A stretch of DNA of 64,000 nucleotides, taken from contig CAVPLT010000007.1 of assembly GCA_963706325.1 (NCBI GenBank), positions 448,001 through 512,000 on the forward strand. The letters run 5' to 3'. The notes under the pieces were generated by a model. The model was not told the origin of the DNA and did no database searches. It saw only the letters and a list, made by a program, of their open reading frames with translations. Source of the stretch: an uncultured Nitrospiraceae bacterium (GTDB lineage: Bacteria; Nitrospirota; Nitrospiria; Nitrospirales; Nitrospiraceae). Every line of letters begins with the position of its first letter. Positions within the stretch are counted from its first letter, which is position 1. Of the stretch, positions 28,713-38,948 are shown in pieces. Made by a program: the position numbers and the translations under genes.

Positions 28713-29876
28713 TCAGCGTTTCTTATTTGCGGTCTGCCCCATTTGCCCCTGAATCTGGAACGCCTTTTCCTCCCGCGCGCTCTTGTCCAGGAGAGCCGCC
28801 ACAGCGTCGTCGCCTTTGAGACCTGCCAGTTTTATTTTGAGCCGAAGATTATTGGCGCTGTCGGCATTGATCAGGGCCTGTTCGATGCTGATCTTTCCGG
28901 CCTGATAGAGTTGTAACAGGACGTGGTCGAACGTCTGGCAGCCTTCGTCAATTCCCTGTTCCATCGCTTCTTTCAACGTATCGATCTCTGAACGTTTGAT
29001 CAGGTCTTTAATGCGTGGCGTATCGAGCATAATTTCGAGTGCCGGCACACGGCGCCCGTCAAGGGAAGGGATCAGTCGTTGAGAGATGATGGCGCGAAGG
29101 TTCAATGACAGCTGCAGATAAATCTGCGCATGCCGTTCAACCGGAAAGAAGTTCATAATGCGTTCAATAGATTGATTGGCGTTGTTTGAGTGCAAGGTGC
29201 CGAGGCAGAGATGCCCCGTTTCGGCAAACGTAATCGCGGCTTCCATGGTCTCTGTATCCCGGATTTCACCGATGAGAATGACGTCCGGGGCTTGGCGCAG
29301 AGTGTTTTTCAGAGCATGACCGAATGAATGGGTATCGAAACCAACCTCGCGCTGCGTGACGATGGATTTCTTGTGATGATGAACGAACTCGATCGGGTCT
29401 TCCACGCTGATGATATGGCCTGCATGCACGGTATTGCGATGATCGATCATGGCGGCCAGGGAAGTGGACTTACCTGACCCGGTAGCGCCGACGACGAGCA
29501 CCAGCCCTCGCTTGGTCATGACGATGTCTTTGACGATCGGCGGCAAGTCCAGTTGCTCGACCGTCATGATCTCCGCTTTGATGTGGCGAAACACCAGCCC
29601 CACGTTTCCCTTCTGACGGAAGATGTTCACGCGAAAACGGCCCAATTCTTTGTAGTACAGCGCAAGGTTCATCTCCATTTTTTCTTCGAACTCGCCTCGT
29701 TGCTGGCCGCGCATGAGCGCCAGCGCGAGTGATTCCAGCTGCTCATTCGTAAAAGGCGGCGCATCGGTGCGATGGGTCGAGCCGTGAATACGGTAGATAG
29801 GTGGCGCATCGACCGTGAGGTATAGGTCGGAGGATTCCTGTTTGACCATCACTTCAAGAAGCGTGCGAACATCCAT
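28713..29876 (-). CDS. pilU: Type IV pilus retraction ATPase PilU
   Basis: GATGSGKST, QREVGFDT, LRQAPDVILIGEIRD, C-terminal ADSANNLRLKIK; directly after pilT. Confidence 0.88.
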   Translation of the reverse strand: MDVRTLLEVMVKQESSDLYLTVDAPPIYRIHGSTHRTDAPPFTNEQLESLALALMRGQQRGEFEEKMEMNLALYYKELGRFRVNIFRQKGNVGLVFRHIKAEIMTVEQLDLPPIVKDIVMTKRGLVLVVGATGSGKSTSLAAMIDHRNTVHAGHIISVEDPIEFVHHHKKSIVTQREVGFDTHSFGHALKNTLRQAPDVILIGEIRDTETMEAAITFAETGHLCLGTLHSNNANQSIERIMNFFPVERHAQIYLQLSLNLRAIISQRLIPSLDGRRVPALEIMLDTPRIKDLIKRSEIDTLKEAMEQGIDEGCQTFDHVLLQLYQAGKISIEQALINADSANNLRLKIKLAGLKGDDAVAALLDKSAREEKAFQIQGQMGQTANKKR

Positions 29877-29933
29877 GAGGTGCCTCTTTTAACTATTGCG
29901 TGGGGCCATCGGATCAGCGTCGGACTAGCAATC

Positions 29934-30995
29934 TTACGCGGAGCCACCTACCGCGGCGGTAAAGAGATTGGGGTTCATGCTTCGTGACTGGGCTTCAGCC
30001 TTCGTGACCATGCCGCGTGAAGCGAGTTCGACCAAGGCCATGTCCATGGTCTGCATGCCGTCTTTCTGGCTGGCCTGCATGACACCCGGAATTTGGTGGA
30101 GTTTGCCTTCGCGGATGAGGTTCCGAACGGCTGTTGTCCCGACCATGATCTCCACCGCTGCGATTCGGCCGCCGCTCTTCTTCTTTAGGAGCGTCTGGGT
30201 CAACACCGCTTCCAGCGTTTCCGACAACTGTGCGCGGACTTGCGCTTGTTGATTCGGAGGAAAGGCATCGATGATGCGGTCGACGGTTTTAGGCGCGCTG
30301 GAGGTGTGCAGAGTCGCGAAAACCAAGTGCCCCGTTTCAGCCGCGGTGAGGGCCAATTGGATCGTGTCCAAGTCGCGCATTTCTCCCACGAGAATGATAT
30401 CTGGGTCTTCGCGGAGCGCGGCGCGGAGCGCATTCGCAAAAGACAGGGTATGCACGCCCAATTCTCGTTGGTTGACGAGGCACTTTTTTGATTTGTGCAC
30501 AAACTCCACCGGATCTTCGATCGTAAGGATATGCCCTTCATACGTATTGTTCAGATAGTCGATCATTCCTGCGAGCGTAGTGGACTTTCCTGATCCGGTC
30601 GGGCCTGTGACAAGAATCAGGCCCTTCTCGCGATCGCAGAGCTGGCGCAGGATCGGCGGCATGCCCAGCTTTTCCAGCGGAAGAATCTCGGTCGGAATAG
30701 TCCGGAACACGGCCCCTAATCCACGGCCTTGCACGAACACGTTGACGCGGAACCGGGCGATGTCGCCGAGGTCGAACGAGAAGTCACATTCCCGGTGTTC
30801 TTCGAAGTTCTTTCGTTGGGCGTCGCTCATCATGTCGTAAATGAGCGCGTGGGTTTCGTCCTGGCTCAAGGGAGGATGATCCAGCTTCTTGAGATCACCA
30901 TGCAGGCGAATCATCGGCGGTTCGCCGGCGCTGATGTGGCAGTCTGAGGCACCTTGCTGTACGCCAAAGGTCAACAGTTTGGAGATGTCAATCAT
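29934..30995 (-). CDS. pilT: Type IV pilus retraction ATPase PilT
   Basis: GPTGSGKSTT, LREDPDIILVGEMRD, AVRNLIRE motif, GMQTMD; ATG at 30995. Confidence 0.95.
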   Translation of the reverse strand: MIDISKLLTFGVQQGASDCHISAGEPPMIRLHGDLKKLDHPPLSQDETHALIYDMMSDAQRKNFEEHRECDFSFDLGDIARFRVNVFVQGRGLGAVFRTIPTEILPLEKLGMPPILRQLCDREKGLILVTGPTGSGKSTTLAGMIDYLNNTYEGHILTIEDPVEFVHKSKKCLVNQRELGVHTLSFANALRAALREDPDIILVGEMRDLDTIQLALTAAETGHLVFATLHTSSAPKTVDRIIDAFPPNQQAQVRAQLSETLEAVLTQTLLKKKSGGRIAAVEIMVGTTAVRNLIREGKLHQIPGVMQASQKDGMQTMDMALVELASRGMVTKAEAQSRSMNPNLFTAAVGGSA

Positions 30996-31181
30996 CGGAG
31001 CACTCCATGAAGTAAGAGAATGTGAGGATAAACGCGCGTGATTATAAGTACATGAGCATGGCCGTCGGGATTCTAGAATCATGCCATAGGAAGGCGGGAA
31101 AGCAAGAAAATATCCAGAAGAGACGTTGGAAATCGTGGCCGGTTGCGAGGTGAAGTGAACGGGAGTAGAAACCCGGTCGTA

Positions 31182-32342
31182 TTAAATCAGGTGAAGCGCG
31201 CGACCTGCCTGTTCAAGTGCATTGAGGGCTTCGTCGATGTGTTCACTTGTGTGATCGGCTGTAATGGTGAGTCGAATGCGGCTCGTTGCAGGTGGTACAG
31301 TCGGCGGACGAATGGCGGGGGCGTACACGCCGTATGTCATTAGCGTGTGAGCGAAACTCACGGTACGATCGGCATCACCCACGAGGATCGGCAGGATCGG
31401 ACTTTCCGACGCGGTCAAGGGGAAGCCGAGTCCTATAAGCCCTTGCGCCAGGCGCTCACGATTGTGCCATAACCGGGCGCGCCGATCCGGTTCTTCCTCA
31501 ATGACCCGAAGCGCGGCGGTGGCGGCCGCGGCAGATGCGGGCGTAGGCGCGGTCGTATATGTAAATGCACGGCAAGTATTGACAAGATAGGTAATAAAAG
31601 CCGTTGAACCTGCGAGGTACGCTCCGGCGCTACCGAGCGCTTTGCTCAAGGTGCCCATGTGGTATGGCAGCCGTGACTCCACGTCGCAATGTTCGAGAGT
31701 GCCTCGCCCGGTTCGCCCCAAGATGCCTGTCCCGTGCGCATCATCCACAAATACTGCCGCGTCGTACAGTTCAGCCAAGGTGGCAATGTCGGTGAGCGGC
31801 GCAATATCCCCATCCATGCTGAAAAGACCGTCGGTTACGATGAGAGTGGGCTTGACGGGGGATCGGCGGGCGAGCAATCGTTCCAAATGACTCATGTCTC
31901 GATGGTGGTACACCCGAAACGTGGCGCCGCTCAATCGGCAGCCATCGATGAGGCTCGCATGACAGAGGCGGTCGGCGAGTATAAGCCCGCCCTTACCAAT
32001 AAGGGTGGGAATCACGCTGATATTGGCCAGATATCCAGCTGCAAATGTAAGGGAGGCTTCCGTGCCTTTGAATTGTGCGAGGGCTGTTTCGAGTGCTTCG
32101 TGTGGTGGGAGAGTGCCACATACAAGGCGAGATGCTCCGGATCCCGCTCCATATTGCCTGGTAGCCGATACGGCAGCTTCCACAACGGCCGGATGCGTCG
32201 CAAGGCCTAGGTAGTTATTGGACGAAAGAAGTGTAATACGGCGATTATCCAGAACGACCGTGGGACCTGTCGCCGAGGTCATGGTCCGAAGCCGGCGCAA
32301 TAGGTGCTGATCCTCTAGTTTTTGAAGGTGTTGTTCAAACAT
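31182..32342 (-). CDS. bioF: 8-amino-7-oxononanoate synthase
   Basis: SSNNYLGL, GSGASRL, HASLIDG, DGLFSMDGD, DDAH, GTLSKALG, AIRPPTVP. Confidence 0.95.
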   Translation of the reverse strand: MFEQHLQKLEDQHLLRRLRTMTSATGPTVVLDNRRITLLSSNNYLGLATHPAVVEAAVSATRQYGAGSGASRLVCGTLPPHEALETALAQFKGTEASLTFAAGYLANISVIPTLIGKGGLILADRLCHASLIDGCRLSGATFRVYHHRDMSHLERLLARRSPVKPTLIVTDGLFSMDGDIAPLTDIATLAELYDAAVFVDDAHGTGILGRTGRGTLEHCDVESRLPYHMGTLSKALGSAGAYLAGSTAFITYLVNTCRAFTYTTAPTPASAAAATAALRVIEEEPDRRARLWHNRERLAQGLIGLGFPLTASESPILPILVGDADRTVSFAHTLMTYGVYAPAIRPPTVPPATSRIRLTITADHTSEHIDEALNALEQAGRALHLI

Positions 32343-32374
32343 AGGCTACTCGTTCTATTAACACGCCGGGGTAT

Positions 32375-32404
32375 TTGACAAGGCTGACAAGTCCCTAGTA
32401 TAAG
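32375..32404 (+). promoter_or_regulatory. Sigma70-like promoter
   Basis: TTGACA-N18-TATAAG about 60 nt upstream of ATG 32465. Confidence 0.55.
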
Positions 32405-32464
32405 GCGCGAGGCTGGCGGAAACGACCGCTTCTTTTTTGTGTTTCAAACAGATGATCCGTACCC

Positions 32465-33298
32465 ATGAGCTATCGAATTAGAACTCCCGCAAAAGTAGAT
32501 CCGCTGGACGAAACCCATTTGCTGAGTGGAGTTGAACGATTTCTGCTCTTGCTGGAAGAACAGCGACGGGCATTTCTCGTTGGTCTCGGGGTCTTGCTGG
32601 TGGCGGCCTCAGTAGTCCTTGGGGTGATCTGGTACGACTATCAGACCACGCTGAGGGCGCGTGAACTGGATCAGGAGGCGACGCTTCACTATCTCAATCG
32701 GCCGGCCGACGATCCGAAGAAGGCGCATGAGCAGCTGACTCAGGCCGTTAACCTGTACCGACAGGTGGTGGATCAATATCCACGGACTCCCGTCGCACCC
32801 TTAGCCTTGTTCCATTTGGGCAACGCGCAGGTACTGAGCAATGAAGTCGATGCGGGAATCGAAAGCTACAAGCGGTTCATGTTTCTATACAGCACCAATT
32901 CTCCATTGCTGGGTCTGGTCCAGCAACGCTTGGCATACGCGTATTTGATGAAGGGCGATCGAGATCAGGCAACCAAGGCGTTTACTGGCATTCTGGAAAT
33001 CCCTGGTGCCCTCAATAAAGACCACGTGCTTTTTGAGCTGGCCAAAATGGAAGAGTCGCAGTCCCGCCCGGAGGGAGCGCTCGCGCATTACCAAGACCTG
33101 ATGAAGAATTATCCCAACTCGCCCTTCACGAGTGAAGCGGCCGTCCGCGTGAAGGTGTTGGAAGTGAAGAAGTCTCCGGATAGTCCCCCGACTGGTGCCA
33201 CGGCTCCTTCGGCGGCCAGTGCACCTGCCTCTCCGCCTGAGTCGCCAGCCAAGACCTCGGGCAAACCTGTAACACCGACATCCAAAAAGAAGCCGTAG
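32465..33298 (+). CDS. YfgM-like membrane-anchored TPR protein
   Basis: Single TM near the N-terminus, TPR helices (YPRTPVAPLALFHLG, YPNSPF), Pro/Ala/Ser-rich tail. Confidence 0.8.
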   Translation: MSYRIRTPAKVDPLDETHLLSGVERFLLLLEEQRRAFLVGLGVLLVAASVVLGVIWYDYQTTLRARELDQEATLHYLNRPADDPKKAHEQLTQAVNLYRQVVDQYPRTPVAPLALFHLGNAQVLSNEVDAGIESYKRFMFLYSTNSPLLGLVQQRLAYAYLMKGDRDQATKAFTGILEIPGALNKDHVLFELAKMEESQSRPEGALAHYQDLMKNYPNSPFTSEAAVRVKVLEVKKSPDSPPTGATAPSAASAPASPPESPAKTSGKPVTPTSKKKP

Positions 33299-33337
33299 CC
33301 GTTCGCCTCCGAGAGAGGTCGGCGTCGTGTGGGCGGG

Positions 33338-34726
33338 TTAGTGCGCGATGACGAGACGGCTCCCTGCCTTTATGGTGGGGCCGGTGAGGTTGTTGTTGGC
33401 CTTGAGGGCTTTGACGGAGATCTTGAAACGCTTGGCGATCTTCTCAAGCGAGTCCCCCACACGGACGCGATACCAGTGCCCGGAGTCAGGTTCGTTCCTG
33501 ATTTGCCGGACCTTAACAGGGACCGAGAGTGGCGCGAACTTATGGGTCGGGGCACGATCTAATAATCGCTCCACCTTGACCCTGGTACCTACCGGAACCT
33601 TCAGGTGATATTCGGCGTCGTCCGGTGGCGTGGCATCCCGCCGCAATTCCGGGTTGAGGACCTTCAATTCCTGATACGAGATCCCTGTCAGGTTCGCGAT
33701 GGCCTTGAAGTGAATGGGGCGCCGCACGACCACTTCTTCAAACTCATGTCGTTGGATATCATTCTGTGGAAATCCGTAGCGATCCGGATTTTTGGCGATT
33801 ATTGTCGCAGCCATAAAGCGAGGCACGTATTCTTTCGTTTCCCTCCGAATCAGGCGAGTCTTGGCGATGTCTGAAAAGCTTTCTGCTTGAGCCGTATGCA
33901 GGGCCCGCATCACCTTGCCTTCGCCGGCATTGTAGGCAGCCATTGCGAGAGGCCATGTTCCGAATAAGTCGTACAAGTCTCGCAAATAGCGTGCTGCGGC
34001 AACAGTCGACTTGACTGGATCCCGTCGTTCATCCACGTAGCTGTCTACCCGCAAACCATAAACTTTGGCCGTGCCCTTCATGAATTGCCACGGCCCGGCT
34101 GCGCGTGCGCGCGAGTAGGCGTGAGGGTTGAACCCGCTTTCTACCAGTGACAGATAGATGAGATCGCTTGGAAGCTGGAACTCGGAGAAGATGCTGTCGA
34201 CCAACGGTCGATAATGGCTTAGGCGGATGAGCCATTGTTCAAACCGGCTCCGGATCGACACGTTAAAAAATCGAATGTGGCCCTGAACGGAAGGGTCGAG
34301 CACAATGGGCACATTGTACGCCGTCGCTTCTTCTGATTCCTGATCCTGCGCGGCGGCAGCCTCCTGGATCACTTCGGCGGGAGGCGTCAGCAGATCTGCA
34401 AATCTGGCGGTAGTGCCGCTGAGAGGTTTAAGCTGAAGGAGCGATTCCGCCGGCGGGACTTCTGTTGACCGCTCACTGGCGACCGCTGTTGAGTGTTCAG
34501 CCGCCTCGCTTTCTGCCGCGGTGAGGCGATCCTCTTCATCCAATATGTAGTCAGGCTCTGGAAAGGGCTGAACGTCCTGAGTGGTCGGGTCTGAGGTCGG
34601 GGAATGATCGGCCTGAGGCGGGATCGGCTCCTCGGCCTGTGTCACGATTGAGGTGGACAAGAAGATTGCAGAGCTGCAGAAAAAAACCAGGTAGCGGAAT
34701 CCGGCGCCAAGGAATCGAGCATGCAT
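33338..34726 (-). CDS. MltD-like lytic murein transglycosylase with LysM domain
   Basis: LVESGFNP, AAGPWQFM, AYNAGEG, ETKEYVP, LNPEL, LysM YRVRVGDSLEKIAKRF. Confidence 0.92.
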   Translation of the reverse strand: MHARFLGAGFRYLVFFCSSAIFLSTSIVTQAEEPIPPQADHSPTSDPTTQDVQPFPEPDYILDEEDRLTAAESEAAEHSTAVASERSTEVPPAESLLQLKPLSGTTARFADLLTPPAEVIQEAAAAQDQESEEATAYNVPIVLDPSVQGHIRFFNVSIRSRFEQWLIRLSHYRPLVDSIFSEFQLPSDLIYLSLVESGFNPHAYSRARAAGPWQFMKGTAKVYGLRVDSYVDERRDPVKSTVAAARYLRDLYDLFGTWPLAMAAYNAGEGKVMRALHTAQAESFSDIAKTRLIRRETKEYVPRFMAATIIAKNPDRYGFPQNDIQRHEFEEVVVRRPIHFKAIANLTGISYQELKVLNPELRRDATPPDDAEYHLKVPVGTRVKVERLLDRAPTHKFAPLSVPVKVRQIRNEPDSGHWYRVRVGDSLEKIAKRFKISVKALKANNNLTGPTIKAGSRLVIAH

Positions 34727-34950
34727 AAAAGCACCCGCAGATTGTTCAGGGGGATGTCGGTTGCCGATTATCTAAACGTAGACTATCGAGGAGGGTGCAA
34801 CTTGTCAAGAATTTGAGGGAGTTGAATCCCTATCCAGATTCGCTTCGCGAGTCAGTCATAGGATCGAGTGTGTGCAATCCACGTAGTATTTTGCCCGTCG
34901 CTGAGTGCATTGAACTCTCTGAAAAGATAAGCATCTTCACGCTCCGTTCC

Positions 34951-34979
34951 TTGACTCCTCAGGGGGGCTATGGTAGCGT
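34951..34979 (+). promoter_or_regulatory. Sigma70-like promoter of the aminotransferase-serA operon
   Basis: TTGACT-N17-TAGCGT with an extended -10 TG. Confidence 0.5.
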
Positions 34980-35035
34980 ACGCCCCTTCCAAATCCCTGA
35001 CATTGTCCGTTTCGTACAGTGAGGAGGTTCGTTCC

Positions 35036-36181
35036 ATGCTCAAACGGTATTTGCTGGCTCCCGGACCCACCCCCGTTCCTCCGGAGGTGCTATTGGCGAT
35101 GGCCAGACCGATGATTCATCACCGGGCGCCTGAATTCGACAAGCTCTTCGGTGAAGTTCGTGAAGATTTAAAGTGGTTGTTTCAGACCAGGAACGACGTG
35201 TTGATTCTCGCGGCATCCGGGACGGGAGGCATGGAAGGAGCAGTCTCGAATTTCTTGTCTCCAGGAGATAAAGCTATCACAGTGAATGGCGGCAAGTTCG
35301 GCGAGCGATGGACCAAGCTTTGTAAGACGTTCGGCGCGCAGGTGACCGAGTTGAAGGTCGAATGGGGTCACGCGGTGGATCCCCAGGCCGTTGCCGATGC
35401 TCTAAAGAAGGACCCCTCGATTAAAGCGGTATATGTGCAGGCGAGCGAAACTTCCACGGCAGTGGCGCACGATGTCAAAGCCTTGGCCGATATCGTCAAA
35501 GGGTATGAGGAAACCATTCTGGTGGTAGATGCGATCACCGCCCTAGGGGTACTTGACCTCAAGACCGATGCCTGGGGCCTCGACGTGGTCATTACCGGAT
35601 CGCAGAAGGCCTTGATGTTGCCACCGGGGCTGGCCTTTGCCAGCGTGAGTGAGAAGGCCTGGCGATTGGCCGATAAGGCGAAGAACGCGGCGTTTTATTT
35701 CAATTTTAAGCGAGAGCGTGAGAATCAGCAGAAGAGTACGACCGCGTATACGCCGGCCGTGTCGCTTATTCTGGGACTGAAAGAAGTGATGAATATTTTG
35801 AAGGCGGAAGGGTTGGAGGCAGTCTTCGCCCGCCATGCCATGTTAGCGACAGCGATGCGTGAAGGTGTCAAGGCTGCCGGACTTTCCATCTTTCCTCGAG
35901 AGCGTCCGAGCGATGCCTTGACCGCCATTGTCGCTCCGCAAGGTGTAGATGGCCAAGCTGTCTACAAGAATTTGCGGACTCAGTACGGCATGACGGCTGC
36001 AGGTGGCCAGGATCACTTGAAGGGCAAGATCTTCCGCATTTCGCATATGGGCTATATTGATAGTTTTGATGTTATCACTGCCCTGGCCGCGGTGGAAATG
36101 GTCATCAAAGGGCTCGGTTATCCCTTGAAGCTTGGCAGCGGGGTCGCAAAGGCTCAAGAAATTATTATGGGAAAGTCCTAG
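35036..36181 (+). CDS. Class V (alanine-glyoxylate/serine-pyruvate type) aminotransferase
   Basis: LAPGPTP, SGTGGME, SETST, VDAIT, GSQKALMLPPGL, FRISHMG; GAGGAGG RBS. Confidence 0.93.
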   Translation: MLKRYLLAPGPTPVPPEVLLAMARPMIHHRAPEFDKLFGEVREDLKWLFQTRNDVLILAASGTGGMEGAVSNFLSPGDKAITVNGGKFGERWTKLCKTFGAQVTELKVEWGHAVDPQAVADALKKDPSIKAVYVQASETSTAVAHDVKALADIVKGYEETILVVDAITALGVLDLKTDAWGLDVVITGSQKALMLPPGLAFASVSEKAWRLADKAKNAAFYFNFKRERENQQKSTTAYTPAVSLILGLKEVMNILKAEGLEAVFARHAMLATAMREGVKAAGLSIFPRERPSDALTAIVAPQGVDGQAVYKNLRTQYGMTAAGGQDHLKGKIFRISHMGYIDSFDVITALAAVEMVIKGLGYPLKLGSGVAKAQEIIMGKS

Positions 36182-36209
36182 GCTCACCTCCAGGTAAGGC
36201 ACCACGACA

Positions 36210-37802
36210 ATGAAAATTTTGGTCAGCGATAGTCTCTCGAAGCAGGGAGTAGAGGTATTAGAAAAGGCCGGCTTTACGGTCGTGGTGAAAACCAAGTTAC
36301 CCAAAGAGGAGCTGCTGAAGGAAATCGCGGACGCAGATGGTCTGATCGTTCGCTCCGGGACGAAAGTGACCGCGGAGGTCATTGCCGCGGCCGGTCGCTT
36401 GAAGGTCGTTGGGCGAGCCGGGTCCGGCTTGGACAATGTCGATACTCCTGCTGCCACGCGTCGCGGCATTGTCGTGATGAATACGCCGGGCGGTAATACC
36501 GTGACGACCGCCGAGCACACGATGGCCATGATTTTTTCGATGTCGCGTCGCATCCCGCAAGCCACTGCCTCTACCAAGGCCGGGAAGTGGGAAAAAGAAA
36601 AGTTCATGGGCGTGGAGTTGTACAACAAAGTGCTTGGGATTGTCGGTGTCGGGCAAATCGGCGGATATCTCACTAAGCTCGCGCAGGGAGTCGGCATGCA
36701 GGTGTTGGCATATGATCCCTATCTAGCGGAGGAACGGGCTCAGAAGATGGGTGTGACCATCGTTGAGCTGGATGAACTCTTTCGCCGGGCGGATGTGATA
36801 TCGGTACACACGCCGCTTACGCCGGAAACCAAGTCGCTCATCAATGCGCAAGCTATTGCCAAGATGAAACCGGGAGTGATGATTGCCAACTGCGCGCGTG
36901 GCGGTATTGTGCATGAAGGGGATCTGTGCGAGGCGCTCAAATCCAAAAAGGTGTCCGCTGCCGCATTCGACGTATTCGAGGATGAACCAGTGAAGCCGGA
37001 TAATCCTCTCCTCGCTTTGGATAATTTTATCTGTTCCCCGCACATCGGAGCGTCCACGACAGAAGCCCAAGAAAACGTCGCTGTGGGCATCGCGGAGCAG
37101 ATCGTTGAGTATTTCACCAAAGGGATTGCCCGTGGCGCCGTGAACATTCCTTCCGTGTCGCCCGAGCTGCTGCCGCAACTCCAGCCGTATCTCTCGCTGG
37201 GGGAACGGGTGGGGCTATTGCAGGCGCAGCTATTGGAGGGTGGGTTGGAACGGTTGACGGTCGAGTATAGCGGGGAAGTCGCAGGCTTGAATGTGGCGCC
37301 CTTGACCATTGCGGTCTTGAAAGGGCTTCTAACTCCTATCCTTGAAGATCCAATCAATTATGTGAATGCTCCCATCGTCGCCAAGGAACGCGGCATCGCG
37401 GTCAAAGAGGTCAAAACCAACGATGCCGGAGATTTTACGAGCGTGATCCGTGTTCGCGTGGAAGCCGGAAAGAAATCTCATCAGGTGGCCGGGACATTGT
37501 ATAGTCGCAAGGATCCACGCATTATTGAAATCGACCAGTTCAAGGTCGAAGTGGTGCCCGACAATCATCTTCTGTTGATTATGAATGAGGATCGTCCAGG
37601 CGTGATTGGCACCGTGGGCCATGTGCTGGGAGACCACAATATTAATATCGCGCGCATGCAGTGTTCACGAGAAGAACGCGGTGGAAACGCGTTGTTGATT
37701 TTTGGGCTCGATGCGCCGCTTCCGACGTCAGTGCTCGATCACATTAAGAGCAGCAAGCACATCCTTTCCGTGAAGGTCGCCGACCTGTCGAAAGGCTTGT
37801 AG
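36210..37802 (+). CDS. serA: D-3-phosphoglycerate dehydrogenase (with ASB and ACT domains)
   Basis: VGRAGSGLDNVD, NTVTTAEH, GVGQIG, NCARGG, PHIGASTTEAQ, DRPGVIG...NINIARM. Confidence 0.96.
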   Translation: MKILVSDSLSKQGVEVLEKAGFTVVVKTKLPKEELLKEIADADGLIVRSGTKVTAEVIAAAGRLKVVGRAGSGLDNVDTPAATRRGIVVMNTPGGNTVTTAEHTMAMIFSMSRRIPQATASTKAGKWEKEKFMGVELYNKVLGIVGVGQIGGYLTKLAQGVGMQVLAYDPYLAEERAQKMGVTIVELDELFRRADVISVHTPLTPETKSLINAQAIAKMKPGVMIANCARGGIVHEGDLCEALKSKKVSAAAFDVFEDEPVKPDNPLLALDNFICSPHIGASTTEAQENVAVGIAEQIVEYFTKGIARGAVNIPSVSPELLPQLQPYLSLGERVGLLQAQLLEGGLERLTVEYSGEVAGLNVAPLTIAVLKGLLTPILEDPINYVNAPIVAKERGIAVKEVKTNDAGDFTSVIRVRVEAGKKSHQVAGTLYSRKDPRIIEIDQFKVEVVPDNHLLLIMNEDRPGVIGTVGHVLGDHNINIARMQCSREERGGNALLIFGLDAPLPTSVLDHIKSSKHILSVKVADLSKGL

Positions 37803-37820
37803 ATTGCCCCGCAGTCGACC

Positions 37821-38948
37821 ATGGGCTCTCTGTCGTTGAAGGCTCCTTCTTCTCCCACCTCTCGCGTGGCGGGCCAGGAACGGTCGCTGATTCCTGTAGG
37901 GATGAGCACGATCCTCCCCGAGGCCGCACGACGCATTCGACATCTCGAACAGACGCTTCTTGCCGTTCTGGCCCGTGGGGGCTATGAAGAAATTATTCTG
38001 CCGATGTTTGAGTACCTCGACGTGCTCGCGCCGGGACTCGAGTCTGACCTGATTGAAAAGAGTTACCAGTTTGTTGATCGGGCAACGGGCCGACTGATGT
38101 TGTTGCGCCCCGATGCGACCGCGCAGGTTGCGCGGACTGTCGCCATGGGCATGATGGGCACGAGGCTGCCGTTGCGCCTCTGCTATCGCACCTCAGTCTT
38201 TCGTTACGAACGTGAACATGCCGGACGCGATCGGGAAATCTTTCAGGTCGGGGCCGAACTCATTGGGGTGGAGGGGGTTGCCGGAGACGCAGAGGTTCTG
38301 ACCCTGATGCTGGAATGTCTGATCCGGGTAGGCCTGCCCTCGTACAAAGTCGCCGTGGGCCATGTTGGATTTTTTACAGCTTTGCTTATCCGATCCGGTT
38401 TGTCCACCGAGGGGCAAAAGCGTGTCGAGCAGGCTGCTGCGAGGAAAGACATGCCGCTTCTAGAGAGTCTGCTCGCAAGCGACGGGGTGCCACGATCGTC
38501 GGCGCGAGTCATTCTTGAAGCATTGGAGCTCTGCGGGGGCTCCGAGGTGTTGACTCGTGGCCGGAAGTTAGTGGGACGCGATCGAACGCTCTTACGACCG
38601 CTCGAGCGGCTCGCTCAGGTTTACGAGCGGCTCGTTTCGCCGGGGCGGCAGTCGATCCTGATTGATCTGGGTGAATTCCGAGGATTTGAATATTACGATG
38701 GAATTGTCTTCGATGTGTTCGCGCCCGGCATCGGAGCGGAATTGGGCGGGGGCGGGCGCTACGACCATCTGATGGGCCGTTTTGGCCGCGCCGCCGCATC
38801 TACGGGATTCGCTCTGGATGTGGATCGCCTGTTTCGAGCCATCGATTTGTCGGGAGATTCTGTGCCGCCTGGTTCCGCGGTTTTTCCCACGAATCGCATA
38901 AAGCCTACGTCCGGTTCGGCACGTGAGCGACGAAGGAGCCGATCATGA
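37821..38948 (+). CDS. hisZ: ATP phosphoribosyltransferase regulatory subunit
   Basis: HisRS-like fold (LRPDATAQVAR, REIFQVGAELIG, YYDGIVF, GGGRYD) without an anticodon-binding domain. Confidence 0.88.
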   Translation: MGSLSLKAPSSPTSRVAGQERSLIPVGMSTILPEAARRIRHLEQTLLAVLARGGYEEIILPMFEYLDVLAPGLESDLIEKSYQFVDRATGRLMLLRPDATAQVARTVAMGMMGTRLPLRLCYRTSVFRYEREHAGRDREIFQVGAELIGVEGVAGDAEVLTLMLECLIRVGLPSYKVAVGHVGFFTALLIRSGLSTEGQKRVEQAAARKDMPLLESLLASDGVPRSSARVILEALELCGGSEVLTRGRKLVGRDRTLLRPLERLAQVYERLVSPGRQSILIDLGEFRGFEYYDGIVFDVFAPGIGAELGGGGRYDHLMGRFGRAAASTGFALDVDRLFRAIDLSGDSVPPGSAVFPTNRIKPTSGSARERRRSRS

